Of a stretch of DNA of 64,000 nucleotides, positions 1 through 12,665 are shown one piece after another. The stretch spans positions 448,818,001 through 448,882,000 of the forward strand of contig NC_067399.1 in NCBI RefSeq assembly GCF_016432865.1, in the 5' to 3' direction. Made by a program: the position numbers and the translations under genes. The notes beneath the pieces are model-generated. The model searched no databases. It saw only the letters and a list, made by a program, of their open reading frames with translations, and was not told where the DNA came from. The DNA is from Antechinus flavipes. Lineage: Eukaryota. The first letter of the stretch is position 1. Each line of letters begins with the position of its first letter.

Positions 1-41
1 GTTCCAATTGATTCTTCAATGGGGCAATTTTACTCACAGAA

Positions 42-212
42 GTTGTTGTTTGTCCTTTGTTCTTGAAGAGGACATGACATTGGGGAGAGGATATGCAAGT
101 GAGTTGGATTTGAGTGAGGGTGAGCTGTACAAAGTCCCCAGCCTCACTTTCTCCTCCAAAGCCATCTGGGTCTATATCTGGCAAGATATAGATCAGGACG
201 ACTGCAGATGAC
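42..212. mobile_element. Marsupial RTE-associated SINE-like repeat fragment
   Basis: ttgtttgtcctttgttcttgaagaggacatgacat...gagttggatttgagtgaggg...gatatagatcaggacgactgcagatg; a related copy lies at about 27014-27188. Family recognised from memory of marsupial repeats. Confidence 0.6.
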
Positions 213-714
213 CCTTGGCCAATCATCTAAGAAGCAGTCACAGAGAAAAACAGACCAGTCATACCTACCAAATGTCAACCAACAGTTATGGAGCAGGCAA
301 GCCAGTTTAGTTGAAACAGCAAGGCCTCCTAACAGGGATAAAATGTGTTAGGCAAGTCAAATCATCACAAACACTTTCACCATTATCTCTCTAATGGAGA
401 GTCCAAGACCCTGAAACCAAGATTATTGAGAACAGCAACACTTCCAGCCCAGTGACCTTCATCATCATCCTGGGAAGCCAGCCTTGTGGTTACAGTCTTG
501 CAAGTGTTCCTGTAGGTGTTCCAGCCATAGCCGTAGAAGATGCAGAAAGGGAAGTTCTTGCCACCAAAATCTGGCACTGTCAAATGACTCAACATCAGAG
601 ATTGATATGATTTTGTCAGTGGAAAAAACATTAAAGAAGAAGCATTAACATCTGTTTTGCCACTGTACCCTAAGGACCCAGGACTTTTTCATTTGACTTG
701 CAGCTGAAATCTTC

Positions 715-860
715 CATATGTGCTGTCTCCTTCATTAGAATATGAGTCCTTGAGAGATCAGGGACTGCTTTGCTTTTTAAAAATTGTATCCCCAGTGTTT
801 TGCATAGTGCTTTGCACATAATAAATGCTCTTAATAAATACTTCATTTATTTATTCATTT
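715..860 (+). mobile_element. L2 LINE 3' end
   Basis: ttagaatatgagtccttgag...gcacataataaatgctcttaataaatacttcatttatttattcatt, the typical L2 terminus. Confidence 0.7.
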
Positions 861-1693
861 GTGATATGCTATTAACTCCAAATCTACTCCTATCATGGTT
901 GGTGACAAGACAATAACTACGTCACCCTAGTGACCACACAAAGTGATCTGGATAATAACAACTCAAATTTCTATAGTGTTTTAAGGTTTACAAAATGCTT
1001 TCCCCAATAATAACTCTGTGAGACAGGAAATAGACAGCAGGCTTTTATAGTAGGGGTAGCTGGTTTTTTTTGTTTTTTTTTTAAGAGAGTCCCAAATGTT
1101 ACAATTGTCCTCATTGTGACATTTCCCCCATGTGGGATCCCCTTGACAGTGACAGAGAGGGGATGGAGCCAGGCAGTGGATACCCTAGTGACAGATTAGT
1201 GCTGCCAAAGCCCGACACAAAACCATTTGGTGTGGGGGAAATGATAGATGCTAACACTCATTTTAAACACAGGCAGCTGAATTCCTCCAGACAGGTGCCA
1301 CGACTGGAATTTAGGGCCCAGCTGCTGGGTTCAGATAAGGTGCGGACTCAGCCCAGTGCACCGAGAGGTTACTTAATAATGAAAATGCAGTGATTGATGT
1401 CGCTGTCTTCAGGATATAACCTCCCCATTTGGAGGCCTTCAGCTCCCAAATCATCATCCCCTGGGGAAGAAAGAAGGAATAAAAGAAAGGGGCTGGTTCA
1501 GGGATATCTGGAAAGAGGAGTGGACTCTGGGCACAGAGATACTCCTGCAGTATTTGAGATGCCTAGGAGCTCACATTGCTATTGGGAACCCTGATATGTT
1601 CATTTGCCACTTAGAACTAAATCCATAGCAGAAAAAAAAAGACTTGGCTTACACCTAAGAAGAATTTTCTCAAGAGCAGGATTTGGATTTGTC

Positions 1694-1996
1694 NNNNNNN
1701 NNNNNNNNNNNNNNNNNNNNNNNNNNNNNNNNNNNNNNNNNNNNNNNNNNNNNNNNNNNNNNNNNNNNNNNNNNNNNNNNNNNNNNNNNNNNNNNNNNNN
1801 NNNNNNNNNNNNNNNNNNNNNNNNNNNNNNNNNNNNNNNNNNNNNNNNNNNNNNNNNNNNNNNNNNNNNNNNNNNNNNNNNNNNNNNNNNNNNNNNNNNN
1901 NNNNNNNNNNNNNNNNNNNNNNNNNNNNNNNNNNNNNNNNNNNNNNNNNNNNNNNNNNNNNNNNNNNNNNNNNNNNNNNNNNNNNNNNNNNNNNNN
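1694..1996. other. Assembly gap (303 N)
   Basis: Run of N. Confidence 1.
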
Positions 1997-2067
1997 CTCC
2001 TTCCTGACTATTTAATCCACCTAGATGTTTCCATCAAAATAAGAATTATTCAGCTCTGTTCTCTTTT

Positions 2068-2082
2068 ATTATCATTATCATT

Positions 2083-2129
<47 letters not shown>

Positions 2130-2134
2130 TCATC
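2068..2134. repeat. (TCA)n/(TTA) trinucleotide microsatellite
   Basis: attatcattatcattatcatcatcatc... Confidence 0.95.
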
Positions 2135-4317
2135 AGTAGCATTTATATAGCATTTTATAGCTTGCAAAATACTTCACCTGGTATACAAAGAGACCTAATT
2201 TCTATAACAGGAGACCAGGATAAGTCACAAGGTTTTCTACTATGAAGATTTCTCTGAGTTGACTTTTTCTTGGTCCTGCATGGAAGCAAGGAACTGCATG
2301 TAATAATTATATCAAGGGTCTTGCTAACCCAGAATGCTGTGCTTCAATGAGAAAGATTTCATTTGTACAGCAAGCTACAATGGAATAAGTCCTGAAAATA
2401 GAATCAGAAGACCTAAGTTCTATTCTCATTTCTGCCACTTAGTTGCACTGGATCTTTGGCAAATGCCCACCTTATTTGGCCTGTTTCCTCTGTGTTACAC
2501 AATAAAATTGGACTATATGATCTTTAGGGCCTCTTCTGCTATATGTATCCTATGTTTTAAATTCAAAGATTACCTTCAACTAAGACATTCACTATTCCAG
2601 GAGCTAACCCCACTTCCAGTTCTGCCATTCTATGTTTTAATGTTCCTTTCAGGGCTAATGTTCTGAGTTTGTGAAATCAACTTGAAGTCAGATCAACTTA
2701 AACAGGATGTAGAGAGATATCTTGGATCCTGGGATCTCTCTACAATGTGGGCAAGAAAGCTTGAATAAGATGCAGAGAAGTCTGTGCTATCTGAGATGAG
2801 AATATATGCACTTGCAAATCCATTTCTGAACTAGTCTTCATTTAAAAAAAGAGAGCAACATATAATGCATTCTAGGGGTTGGGACTGTCGACCCTTCAAA
2901 AATGGTCTACTGATCCTCTTGTTGGGTGGTTAGGTGAAGAGATAGCCACATTTATCCTAATTACTGGAGGAAGATGGTGACAGGGAGATGACTATAAGGA
3001 TGGGACTGTGACAAAAGGCAAGTGGGGTGGGAAGAGAATTGAAAAGGAGAGAGGATTGTGTTAGTGAGAGTGAGAGAACTATGGAGGCTGTGACTGGAAA
3101 AGGACTTTAGAAGGCTTCTTTGGCACTTAAAATTTACCCTCCCCATGCCAAAGGAGACTGATTTTAATTACAGATAAGACTTATGGGAACCCCTGGAAGG
3201 TGAAGGTCCTGAAAAGTGATGAAATTTAAAGGAAAGGGGCCAAGACCACAAAGAGGGAAGAAGGGTTGATTTAGTGGGGAAGTCATTATAAAGACCAAGC
3301 TTGTCAATACCAAAGATTACTAGAAAGAGGTTTATGGAAAATATTATGGGTGACTATGCAAAGGACCAGATAATTGACTATCAATTGTGCTTTCAGGGTT
3401 AAAGGAAAGTTCCTATTCCTAAAATTCATTCTCTACCTATTGACTTGCTTTTACTTCTAGTACAGTTTCATTTATTTAATTTAAACTCTGATGTCTGTGA
3501 AAATGCCAATTCCCTTAAGGGATATATATACATATACTATTAACTGAAATATTCTCAGTAGTTGATACTTGATTGAAATGACTTTTAGGAATTCTTTTTT
3601 GACAATAATTTTGGGTAGAGCAAGGGAATATATGAAAACCTAGAGTGGGTTTGGCATTGTAGGATCATAGATTTACAACGGGAAGAAAACAAAAAGGGAT
3701 GGGAGAAAGGTACAAAATGGGGATAAAGGGAGCCTTGCAATCCAGTTTTTAAGCCTTAGTTGAACATGGGACTATAATCCCTGAATCAGCCACTTGTCAC
3801 TTCCTTTGGATTCATAGAGTTTAGAATCAGAAAAGATCTTAGAGATAATTTAGCCAAACATTTTATTTTGTGGTAGAGGGAGCTAAGGGCCAATAATGAG
3901 AAGCAACTCTGCAAACTACATAAAGCTAGTGACAGAATTTGAAGCTTGGTTCTTTAATTTCAAAGTCAGCATTCCCATTATTACTTCACAACACCCAATA
4001 AATCATTTGGGAATTTAAAGCATCCCCTCCTATCAGACTAAGAGTGACAAAGTTGTTCTCTTTAAATCCTTCTCCTGTGAGTCCAAATTCTCACACTTTT
4101 CTTCTCAGCCCTTTTCCCAAGGAACTCTGTAAACCTCCTATACCCTTTCCTTTCATTTCACAGAGTTCCTTTAGCTATGCTTCCATCAAACACAGAATCC
4201 TAGAATATCAAAGCTACAAGTGTCCCCAGAGATCACTTAGTTCATTTTCTACCATTCCCATGCCCTCCCATGCCAATTTAAAGAGCACTGAGGCCCCAAA
4301 ATTGGAATATATAGAGT

Positions 4318-4560
4318 TGGGCAGCTAGGTGGTTCAATGGGTAGAGCACCAGAATCAGAATTAGGAAGTCATGAGTTTAAATACAGCTTCAGACATTGAC
4401 TAGCTGTGCGACCCTGGGCAAGTCACTTAATGCCATTTGCCTTAGTTCCTTAACTGTAAAATGATCTGGAAAAGGAAAATGGCAAATTACTTCATTATTT
4501 TGGTCAAGGAAATCCCAAATGTTATCACAAAGAGTAAGACACAACTGAACATCAACAACA
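4318..4560 (+). mobile_element. Marsupial CORE-SINE (Mar1-like, Bov-B/RTE-type tail)
   Basis: tRNA-like head gggcagctaggtggttcaatgggtagagcacc, core ctgtgcgaccctgggcaagtcactt, tail ggaaaaggaaaatggcaaattact...gacacaactgaacatcaacaaca. Confidence 0.8.
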
Positions 4561-5314
4561 AGCATAAGAGTTGGGATTAGACCAACTATCCTGATTCCCA
4601 TTGTTTCCATCATAGTTTGCTACTGTGTATTGCTCTTAGATTGTTAGAGATCAAAGAATCCTTAAAATGGAAGTTTATAAAATAGAATATCAGTGCTAAA
4701 AGGAAATTTAGAGCTTAGAATGTTATAATATGGAATAAAATTTTAGAGCTAGAAAGAACCTTAGGGTCATTGATCCAACTGTTCATTTGATATACCTATT
4801 TCTGACCACCTTCATTCACATCATTATTGTCTGCTCTAGGTAGAAATCTTTCAGGAGTCTTCTGATCATCTGTGTCCCTGAAAAAATTAATGTTAATGAT
4901 TGATGAAGCCTTTACCTCTTACCTCCTGGGACTGGTCCTTAGAAATCCAAGTTGGAGATGGCCACAGGATCAATAGGCATCTTGTGATGGGAAGAAGTAA
5001 ATGGGAAGAAGATTGAGTCTTTCAATTTTAAGGATCTTTGAAAAGCAGACAAAACTTCTTCGCTTTTCCAATATTGCTTTTGTAAAGGCATGTGTTTTCG
5101 AATAAATGCACATACTTGTGCATGGGCATGCTTTTACTACCATGCTACATTGACTCCCACCATGAGATGGAAAAAAAAATTGATCCTATAAGTCATTGTG
5201 CAATACAATCAGGCCAGTCAGATGGTTTGTCCTGCTCAGCAGCTACCATCCACTTGCTCCAAGGTATTGCAACTCAATTTATAATCCTTGGACAATTCTA
5301 AGAATGAGCAACAT

Positions 5315-5470
5315 GGTGTAGGGAAAGATAGTGTGATATAACAGAAAGAGCACTGAATTTGGAGTCAGAAGACCTGAATTTAAATGTGTGATCATAGACA
5401 AGTTATTTAACCTTAAGCCTCAATTTTCTTATCTATAAAATGAGGAATGGACAAAATTATTTTTAAAATT
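5315..5470 (+). mobile_element. MIR SINE
   Basis: agaaagagcactgaatttggagtcagaagacctgaattt...aagcctcaattttcttatctataaaatgagg. Confidence 0.7.
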
Positions 5471-6204
5471 ACTTTCACCAAGATATTTGATATTCTAAGA
5501 ACCTTTCCAGCACTAATATAAAAATCTGTGTTCCAAGATCCATTTCAGCTTGAATAACCTATGTTCTAAGGCACATTCTAATTTTAAATCCCATAACCCC
5601 ATCAACATATACCCCTGTGATAAAAACATCGATTCCTTATTGATAGGGCCTCATGAAGCTAGTAGATCCTGTTGCGGGTAGAAACCATTACATAGCTAGA
5701 AATTCACCATACTTGATCTAAGAAGATTGGAAAGTCCTTGAAGATCCCTGATACATAGATTAGTTTTATGTTGGAAAAAATGAAACCATTCTTGAAAATT
5801 AATGGGACTATTGGACAAAGGCTTGAACCATTGATGTAGCTTTTTGATCACTTCTGGTATAACAGACTGACATTCCAGTCACTGAAGCTCCTCAAGGTTT
5901 ACAGACTTTGAGTCAACATATCTTTATAACCAGATGTACCACTGGTTGAGTCAAGAGGCAATGAATTACCACTGAACCAATCTTGTACCTTTTCTGAATA
6001 TCTTTTTTATGTTATTGTTAATTAAACTTTCTTGAAGTCATTTAACTTCTTTGTACTTTCCTCATCTGTAAACTGAAGGATGGGCCTAGATGTTCTTTGA
6101 TTATCCTTAATTATTGTATTAAATTAAATTAAAATTGTATTAAATTAAAATATATGAACTTATAAATCATTTTCTTTCCTGGAAGAGCAGTTGCTTTCTT
6201 TTTT

Positions 6205-8860
6205 TAAAAAAAATTATTTATTTTAAATAGCCTTTTATTTCTAAATTATGAGTTTCTGAGTTTCTTTCTTCCCTCCATCCTTCCTCCTACTCACTGAGAA
6301 GGTAGATAATAAGATATCAATTAAATATGTGTGAAATCATGCAATTATTAGTCATATCTCAAAACAAAGCAAAAAAAAAGAAAGAAAAAATTTGAAAATT
6401 ATACTTCAATTTGCATTGAAAATTTACCACTTCTCTCTCTGGAGGTGGATAGCATTTTTTTTCATCATAAGTCCTTTGGAATTGCTTTGGATCATTTGAT
6501 TGGTCAAAGTAGCTAATCCTTTAGAGTTCATCATCATTACATTTCTATTACTATGGACAATTCTCTCCTAGTTCTGCTCACTTCAGTTTGTGTCAGTTTC
6601 TATAGTTCTTGCCATGTTTTTCTGAAACCATTGCCCTCATCATTTCTTATAACACAATGATACTCAATCACAATCATCTGCTACAACTTGTTCAACTCTT
6701 CCCCAATTGATGAGCATCCTCTAATTTCTGATTTTTTTTTGCCATCACAGAAAGCTGCTATGAATATTTGTATACTTTTGGGTCCTTTTCTTTTTTCTTT
6801 GAACTCTTGGGGGCTTTAATGGTAGCGTTGCTGGATCAATGGGCATGCACACTTTTATAGCTCTCTAGGTCTGGTTTCAGATTGTTCTCCAGAATGGCTG
6901 GGTCAGTTCATTATTCTATCAACAATTCATTAATGTGTCTGTTTTCCCTCATCACCTTCAGCATTTGTCATTTCTGATAGGTATGAGGTGGTATCTCATA
7001 GTTGTTTTGACTTACTTTTCTCTAATCAATAGTGATTTAGAGCATTTTTTCCAACATAACTATAGACAGCTTTAATTTCTTCTTCAAAACATTATTTGTT
7101 TGTATCCTTTGATCATTTATTAATTGGGAAAAGGCTCACTTTTACAAATTTGATTCAGTTTCCTATATTTTTGAGAAATGAGGCCTTTATTACAGAAACT
7201 TGCTATAAATTTTTTTACATTATTTCCTTATTTCTGGTAGCTTTTAGCAAAATGTAGTTAATTATCTCTTAATTAGGTCTAGTTTTGCTCTTGCTTTGTT
7301 TGAGATCACGAGTGCTACTTGTACCTTTTTTTTTTATTTCATCTGAAACAATATAGATTATACTTCAGTCTTTTATTTTAACTCTGTGTGTGTCTTTCTG
7401 CTTCAAGTGTATCTCTTGTACATAATATATTGTTGGATTATAGTTTTTAATCCATTCTGCTATCCATGTGTTTTCTGGATGAGCTCAACCCATTCATATT
7501 CACAGTTGTAGTAACTGTATATTTCTCTCTACACTATTTCTTCCTTTTATCGTTCTTTCTTTCTCACTCTGTCTCTCTGTCTTTATCCCCATTTTTGGTT
7601 TTACTTCTATTTCCTTCCCTAATCTGCTCTCCCTTTTATCATCTCCTCCCCCATGTCTCTTATCCTCTTTCCTTCCCATTTCTCTATTGGGTAAGATAAA
7701 AAATTATATTCAACTGAGTGTATATTCTTCACTTTATGAATCAAATAAGGCTTAAGTGTTGTCCACCTCAGCCCCTATAATTTTCCCTTCTTTTAAAAAA
7801 GCTCTTTCTTATGTGCCTCTTTTATATGAGAAAAAATGTTTTATTCCACCTCTCCCTCCTTTTTCCAGTGCATCCATCTTTCTCACTCTGACAATTCTTT
7901 TATTTTGAGATTATTCCAACATAATCAAATTATTCCCATGCCTTTTATCTATGTAGATTCCTAACAATGATATAGTTCTTGGGAATTATATGTATTGATT
8001 TCCTTTATAGGAATGTGAACAGTTTAACTTCACTGAGTCCCTTATGATTATTCTTTCATGTTTATCTTTTTATGTTTTTCTTGAATCTTGTGTTTGAATG
8101 TTACAGTTCTATTCAGCTCTGATCTTTTCATCAGGAATTCTTGGAATTACTATTTCATCAAATATCCAATTTTTCTCCTGAAAGAATATACTCAATTTTA
8201 CTGGACAGATGATTCTTGGTTATAATCCTAACCCCTCTGCCTTCCAAAATATCATGTTCCAAGCCCTTCATTTCCTTAATGTGAAAGGTAGAAACTCCTA
8301 AATCTTTTGTGAACCTGATTATGGCTTCACAATATTTGAATTTCCAACTATTTGCAATATTTTCTCTTTGACCTGGAAGCTCTAAAAGTTGGCTATGGTA
8401 TTCCTGGGAGTTTTCATTTTGGGATCTTTTTCAGCATGTGAGTGGTGGATTCTTTTGATTTCTATTTTACCATCTCTATTTAAGATATTGAGCCAATTTT
8501 CCTTTATAATTTCTTGAAATATGATTAGCATTTTTAAAAACTATGGTTTTTAGTCCAATAATTCTTAAATTATTGCTCTTCTATTTATATTCTAAATGAG
8601 TTGGTTTTTTTAGTGAGATATTTCACATCATCTTTTTATTAATTCTTTTGACTGTTTTATTGTTTCTTGATATATCATAGTCATTAACTTCCACTTTCCA
8701 AACCCTAATTTTTTACTGTTTAATTCAGTAAGCTCTATCCCCATTTGCCCTATTCTGCTTTTAAAGAATTTTTGCACTTCTTTTTATCATTAGTATCATT
8801 ATCATTCTGATTTTTTTAAGATGTTATTTTCTCAGTTTTTCTTTTTCTTCCTTATTGATC
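6205..8860 (-). mobile_element. Old, internally deleted L1 (3'UTR, ORF2 C-terminal and endonuclease remnants, ORF1 remnant)
   Basis: T-rich 3' tail at about 6200; ORF2 C-terminal-like ccccaattgatgagcatcc (6700s) and caatagtgatttagagcatttttt (7030-7050); EN-like taatccattctgctatcc (7450-7465); ORF1-like degenerate sequence at 7900-8800. Confidence 0.75.
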
Positions 8861-9080
8861 TGATTTTTCTTGTACAACCAGATAACTGTATAACTATGTA
8901 TACACATATTGGATCTAACATGTATTTCAACATATTTAACATGTATTGGACTACCTGCCAGATAGGGGAAGGAGTAGGGGGAACAAGGGAAAAATTTGCA
9001 ACAAAAGGTTATACAAGGGTAAATGTTGAAAAATTACCTATGCATATGTTCTGTAAATAAAAAGCTTTAACAAAAACAAA
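8860..9080 (+). mobile_element. L1 3'UTR terminal fragment
   Basis: ttcttgtacaaccagataactgtataactatgtatacacatattggatctaacatg...gtaaataaaaagctttaacaaaaacaaa with polyA signal and A-rich tail. Confidence 0.75.
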
Positions 9081-10645
9081 GTGCACTTCAAAGAAGCAAA
9101 GGTCGACAGCTTTGAACACAATGTATTGCATTTATTATAAAGACTCTGGAAGTGGAAATTAATGTAATAAAAGTCTAGTAAATGTTGGATTCAATTGAAA
9201 GAAATCTTACTTTCACTCTTTTCATAAAAGAAAAATGTCTCTTGGTCTTTATATTCCTTCCAGGACTTTTCTGGGGTTTCCTTTGTATTTAACTCACTCT
9301 TCCTAGGACCCCAGTTATACATGTCTATCTTTCATTAGATTATACATTTCTTGACAGCATGGCCTGTTTATATCTGTGCTTTGTACTGATTGACTCTAGT
9401 GTTTCTCATAGGGAAGGCACAGAACAAACATTTGTTGAATCCACTGGAAGAGATCCTTCACAGCAATTTAGTGGAGATTAGTTTCCGTTTTATATATGAA
9501 GAAACTGAAAACTTGTCATTCACTGAGTGGCAGAGTCAGAATTCAAATTTAATCTGATTGTTAATCCAGAACTCTTTTCCTTGCATTTTTTTTTTAAAGA
9601 GAAGAAAAGAAGGATTAGGATATTTAACTTGAAAGGCTTCATTGCTTCAATGATTTTGGGGTGATAGGAGATCAACAGTGAGGAGGGACAATTTTTCCTT
9701 TATAAAACGAGGAGACAAAGGAGTAGGACTAAGCAAAAAAAAAAATGTAAAACTGACCATAAACCTGCCCCAGGAAAAATATCCAGGAACTTAAAATGGA
9801 GACAAAGAACCCTTCTAGGACTTTGGTAGTTTCTCTCTAAACTTGTTCTCCTGCCTTTTGGTTTTCTAGTACAGCAAAAATGACCCTATATTTGGAATTT
9901 GAAGAATTAGGTTCAGGTTCTTTTGACATTTATGAGATCTGTAACCTTAGAAAATCCAATTCCCCAATTTGTGCCTGATTTTTTTCATTTGTATATTGGG
10001 TGCCTAGGTACAGATCACACATACATTAAAAAAAAAAAAAAAAAAAAACCACGAATGGGATAAGATCAACAGAACACAATGAATATACTTCCTGTGCTTA
10101 ATGTTTATTCTTGTGCATTCCCCCTATCATTCATTTGCACAGGACACAAAAAGCAGTTTTTTCTAGATTGCTAATAGACCCCAAAACCTCTCAATTTATC
10201 AGGTTACCTCTATACTAAAGCTTTCTTGGGAGCAATTTAGCAATCAGATATTGAAAAGAGAATCATAAGGAATTTCTAACCCTGAGTCCAAGTGAGATTT
10301 TTGATTGAGATTTTGCCAATCTCTTGAGTGAGCACAAAGTGGAAGTGAAAAATAGATTTGTGCTAATGAATTTTAGTTGATTGCATAGGTCCTGGTGTGA
10401 GGCATCTTCTTTTGGGGAGGAAATTTCTTATTTCTGACAACGTCCTCTGGATAATGGTTAAAAAAAAAAGTTAAGGAAAATAAGGTATAAGAAAAGATCA
10501 TTTAATTTAGCAGCTAAGAGATTGTTTTGGAGCTTGTAAGAAGCTGAGAAGTTAGTGTAGGCTTCTCTTTTAAGGAGTTAGGCTTTGAAAGACAAAAAAA
10601 TAAGATCTTGACAAGAACTTGAAATGATGTCAGGCCAATTGAATT

Positions 10646-10676
<31 letters not shown>

Positions 10677-10694
10677 GAGAATAAGTAAGACCTT

Positions 10695-11090
10695 ACTTCT
10701 AGTTAAGATGGCAATGTGCAAGATCATTGAGGAGTCTAGCTCTCCCACATTTTCTCTAACAGATCTAAAAAGGGCATTTGATGAAAAAAAATCTTTAAGA
10801 AATCCAAAAAGAAAAAACATTAAGTCCAGTACTTTCCCCCAAAGATTGCTAGAAGCCAGTAGGATTAGGAAGAAGATTCTCATTAGGGAAGCCAATGTGA
10901 ACTCCAAAGGGAAAAAAAAATATTAAGCCCAGTACTTTCCCAAAATAAAGCTAGAAGCTAGTAGGACTTAGAAGGTCCTTATTAGGGAAGCCAATGTGAG
11001 CTCCAAAGAGAAAAAAATATTAAGCCCAGTACTTTCCCAAAAGATAACAAGAAGCCAGTAGGACTTGGGAGAAACCAATGTGAACTCCCT
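10695..11090 (+). mobile_element. L1 5'UTR-like fragment with a ~100-bp tandem monomer array
   Basis: Begins cttctagttaagatggc (YY1-type AAGATGGC start typical of L1 5' ends). Units starting taag(t/c)ccagtactttccc at 10821, 10924 and 11021. Confidence 0.5.
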
Positions 11091-12229
11091 TTTAATCTCT
11101 GGCCAGAAGAGTCTGAAAACGCAACGCGGCCCTGGAAATCAAAGACAGACCAAATAGAACCTGACTGTCCCATCCAAGAGCCTCAACCCAATAGTCTTCC
11201 ATTCCTATGGGAGAAAAAGTCACTAAGCATTTTCCCCTAGTCCAGTGACTAGGGAATAAAGCCCTGGGCTTTATTCAACACACATTTATTAAGTACTTAC
11301 ACTATTCTAGACACTGTGCTACCTGCTGAGAGCATAAAAACAAAAATAAAACAATTTTTTATCAAGGAGCTTATAGTCTCTTGGAAGGAAGCATGTATAC
11401 TTTTAAATAAATACAAAAGATATGAATATGGGTCATTTCACAAATGGGAAGCACTAGGAGCTCCAAAATTGAGGTGACCAAATCCACAGCTCTTATAAGG
11501 GAAGAGATAGTGTTTCAATGAAGGAGCCCAGATAAATCAAGAATCCAGAAACAGAAAGAGCCTTATGCCAGTAGAGCCTGGCCTGGTACAACCAGCAAAA
11601 TCCAGTGGAGCATGACTAAGCAGCAGCTACCAGAGATCAGCAGGATTAATGCGATGACATCATCAGAAGCCATTCTTGGGCCCTGCAGCATCAGTGGTAC
11701 GAGTTGACTCTGCACCAGTGAGCTTTGTCAAAGAACACAATGCCGTCAGTCAATCAACATTTATTAAGAGCCTACTGTGTGCCAGGCTTTGTGCCAATTG
11801 TTGACTGACTGGTAAGAATGAGCACTTTAGTGGGGGCTTGTGAGCTATGGTTTTGAATGGAGGGGGACGCACAGAGCACCTTGAACCTGAAGTATTTTGC
11901 ATATAAAATGAGATAATTACGTTGGCACTCTCCATTTCACAGGGCTGTTGTGAGGATTCAGATAAGAGACGGCAGACTTGGGAAAATTCTATCTGCTTTG
12001 GGAAGGTCATAGGGGCAGCTGCCCTCTCCTTTCCCTTTCCTGTGCCTTTTCACTAACCCCATGGAGGGGAAGTGAGACTGAGGGATTCAGTGAGTTTATG
12101 CTGCGCCCTAGACCCCCCTGCCCTTTCTTTCCACAGGGGGAATGAGGGATGAGCAGGCTCATGGCTAGGGAGACTAGATTGGGGTGGGGGGGGCCGATGC
12201 ACATCCTTCAGCCTGACATTGGGGCCCAT

Positions 12230-12470
12230 CAGCAAGGGAGCGGAGCAGAGTGCAGGGTGACAGAGAGCCCATCCCACGCGGTAATGACTCGGGTGCCGGG
12301 AGGAGAATGACATAAATAATATCCCATTAGAGGCGGCGCTGCTCCGCTGAGCGCCTTGTTTTGCAGGAGACATTATGGGCTTCATAAACAGACTCATTTA
12401 TTTTCCAGTCTGTGCCCTCAATGCCGGGCTGCTCTGTGGAAGCCGAGTCTGGGCAGCTGAGAAGGTGACT
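12230..12470. promoter_or_regulatory. Candidate conserved non-coding element or enhancer
   Basis: Non-repetitive, CpG-retaining (cacgcgg, ctcgggtgccggg, ggcggcgctgctccgctgagcgcc), with cataaa, cattag and atttattt homeodomain-type motifs. Confidence 0.45.
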
Positions 12471-12564
12471 GGAGGGGGGGAGTGGAGAGGGCCAGAGGTT
12501 AGCAAAAGCCAGGAGAGGACCATCCTTTTGGCTTGCAGAAGTCAATTCCCGCTCTCCTGCTCAC

Positions 12565-12665
12565 TCAGTGTGTGACCTTAGGCAAAGAGTTTCCCATTTT
12601 TGGGCCTCAATTTTCCCATCTCTAAAACAGTAGCCTGACCTAGAAAATCTCTGAGATTTCTTTAG
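12565..12665 (+). mobile_element. MIR/CORE SINE fragment
   Basis: tgtgtgaccttaggcaaagagtttcccatttttgggcctcaattttcccatctctaaaa. Confidence 0.7.

Noticed and set aside
4318-4400. tRNA-like sequences (gggcagctaggtgg...agagc...gagttcaaat)
   Set aside because: These are the tRNA-derived heads of CORE-SINEs, not tRNA genes; there is no cloverleaf.
4924-4981. Minus-strand 58-nt unit with a strong acceptor and a gtaaga donor
   Set aside because: Not a multiple of 3, no recognisable peptide and no supporting neighbours. It shows that pseudo-exons of this quality occur by chance, so all exon calls here have low confidence.
10578-10926. Overlapping ~100-aa ORFs with poly-K or poly-F
   Set aside because: They arise from the poly-T run at 10645-10677 and A-rich repeat sequence.
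11560-11745. Codon-like, CpG-containing stretch
   Set aside because: Stops in most frames within about 40 codons, no splice-site pair and no recognisable homology; possibly a decayed repeat.
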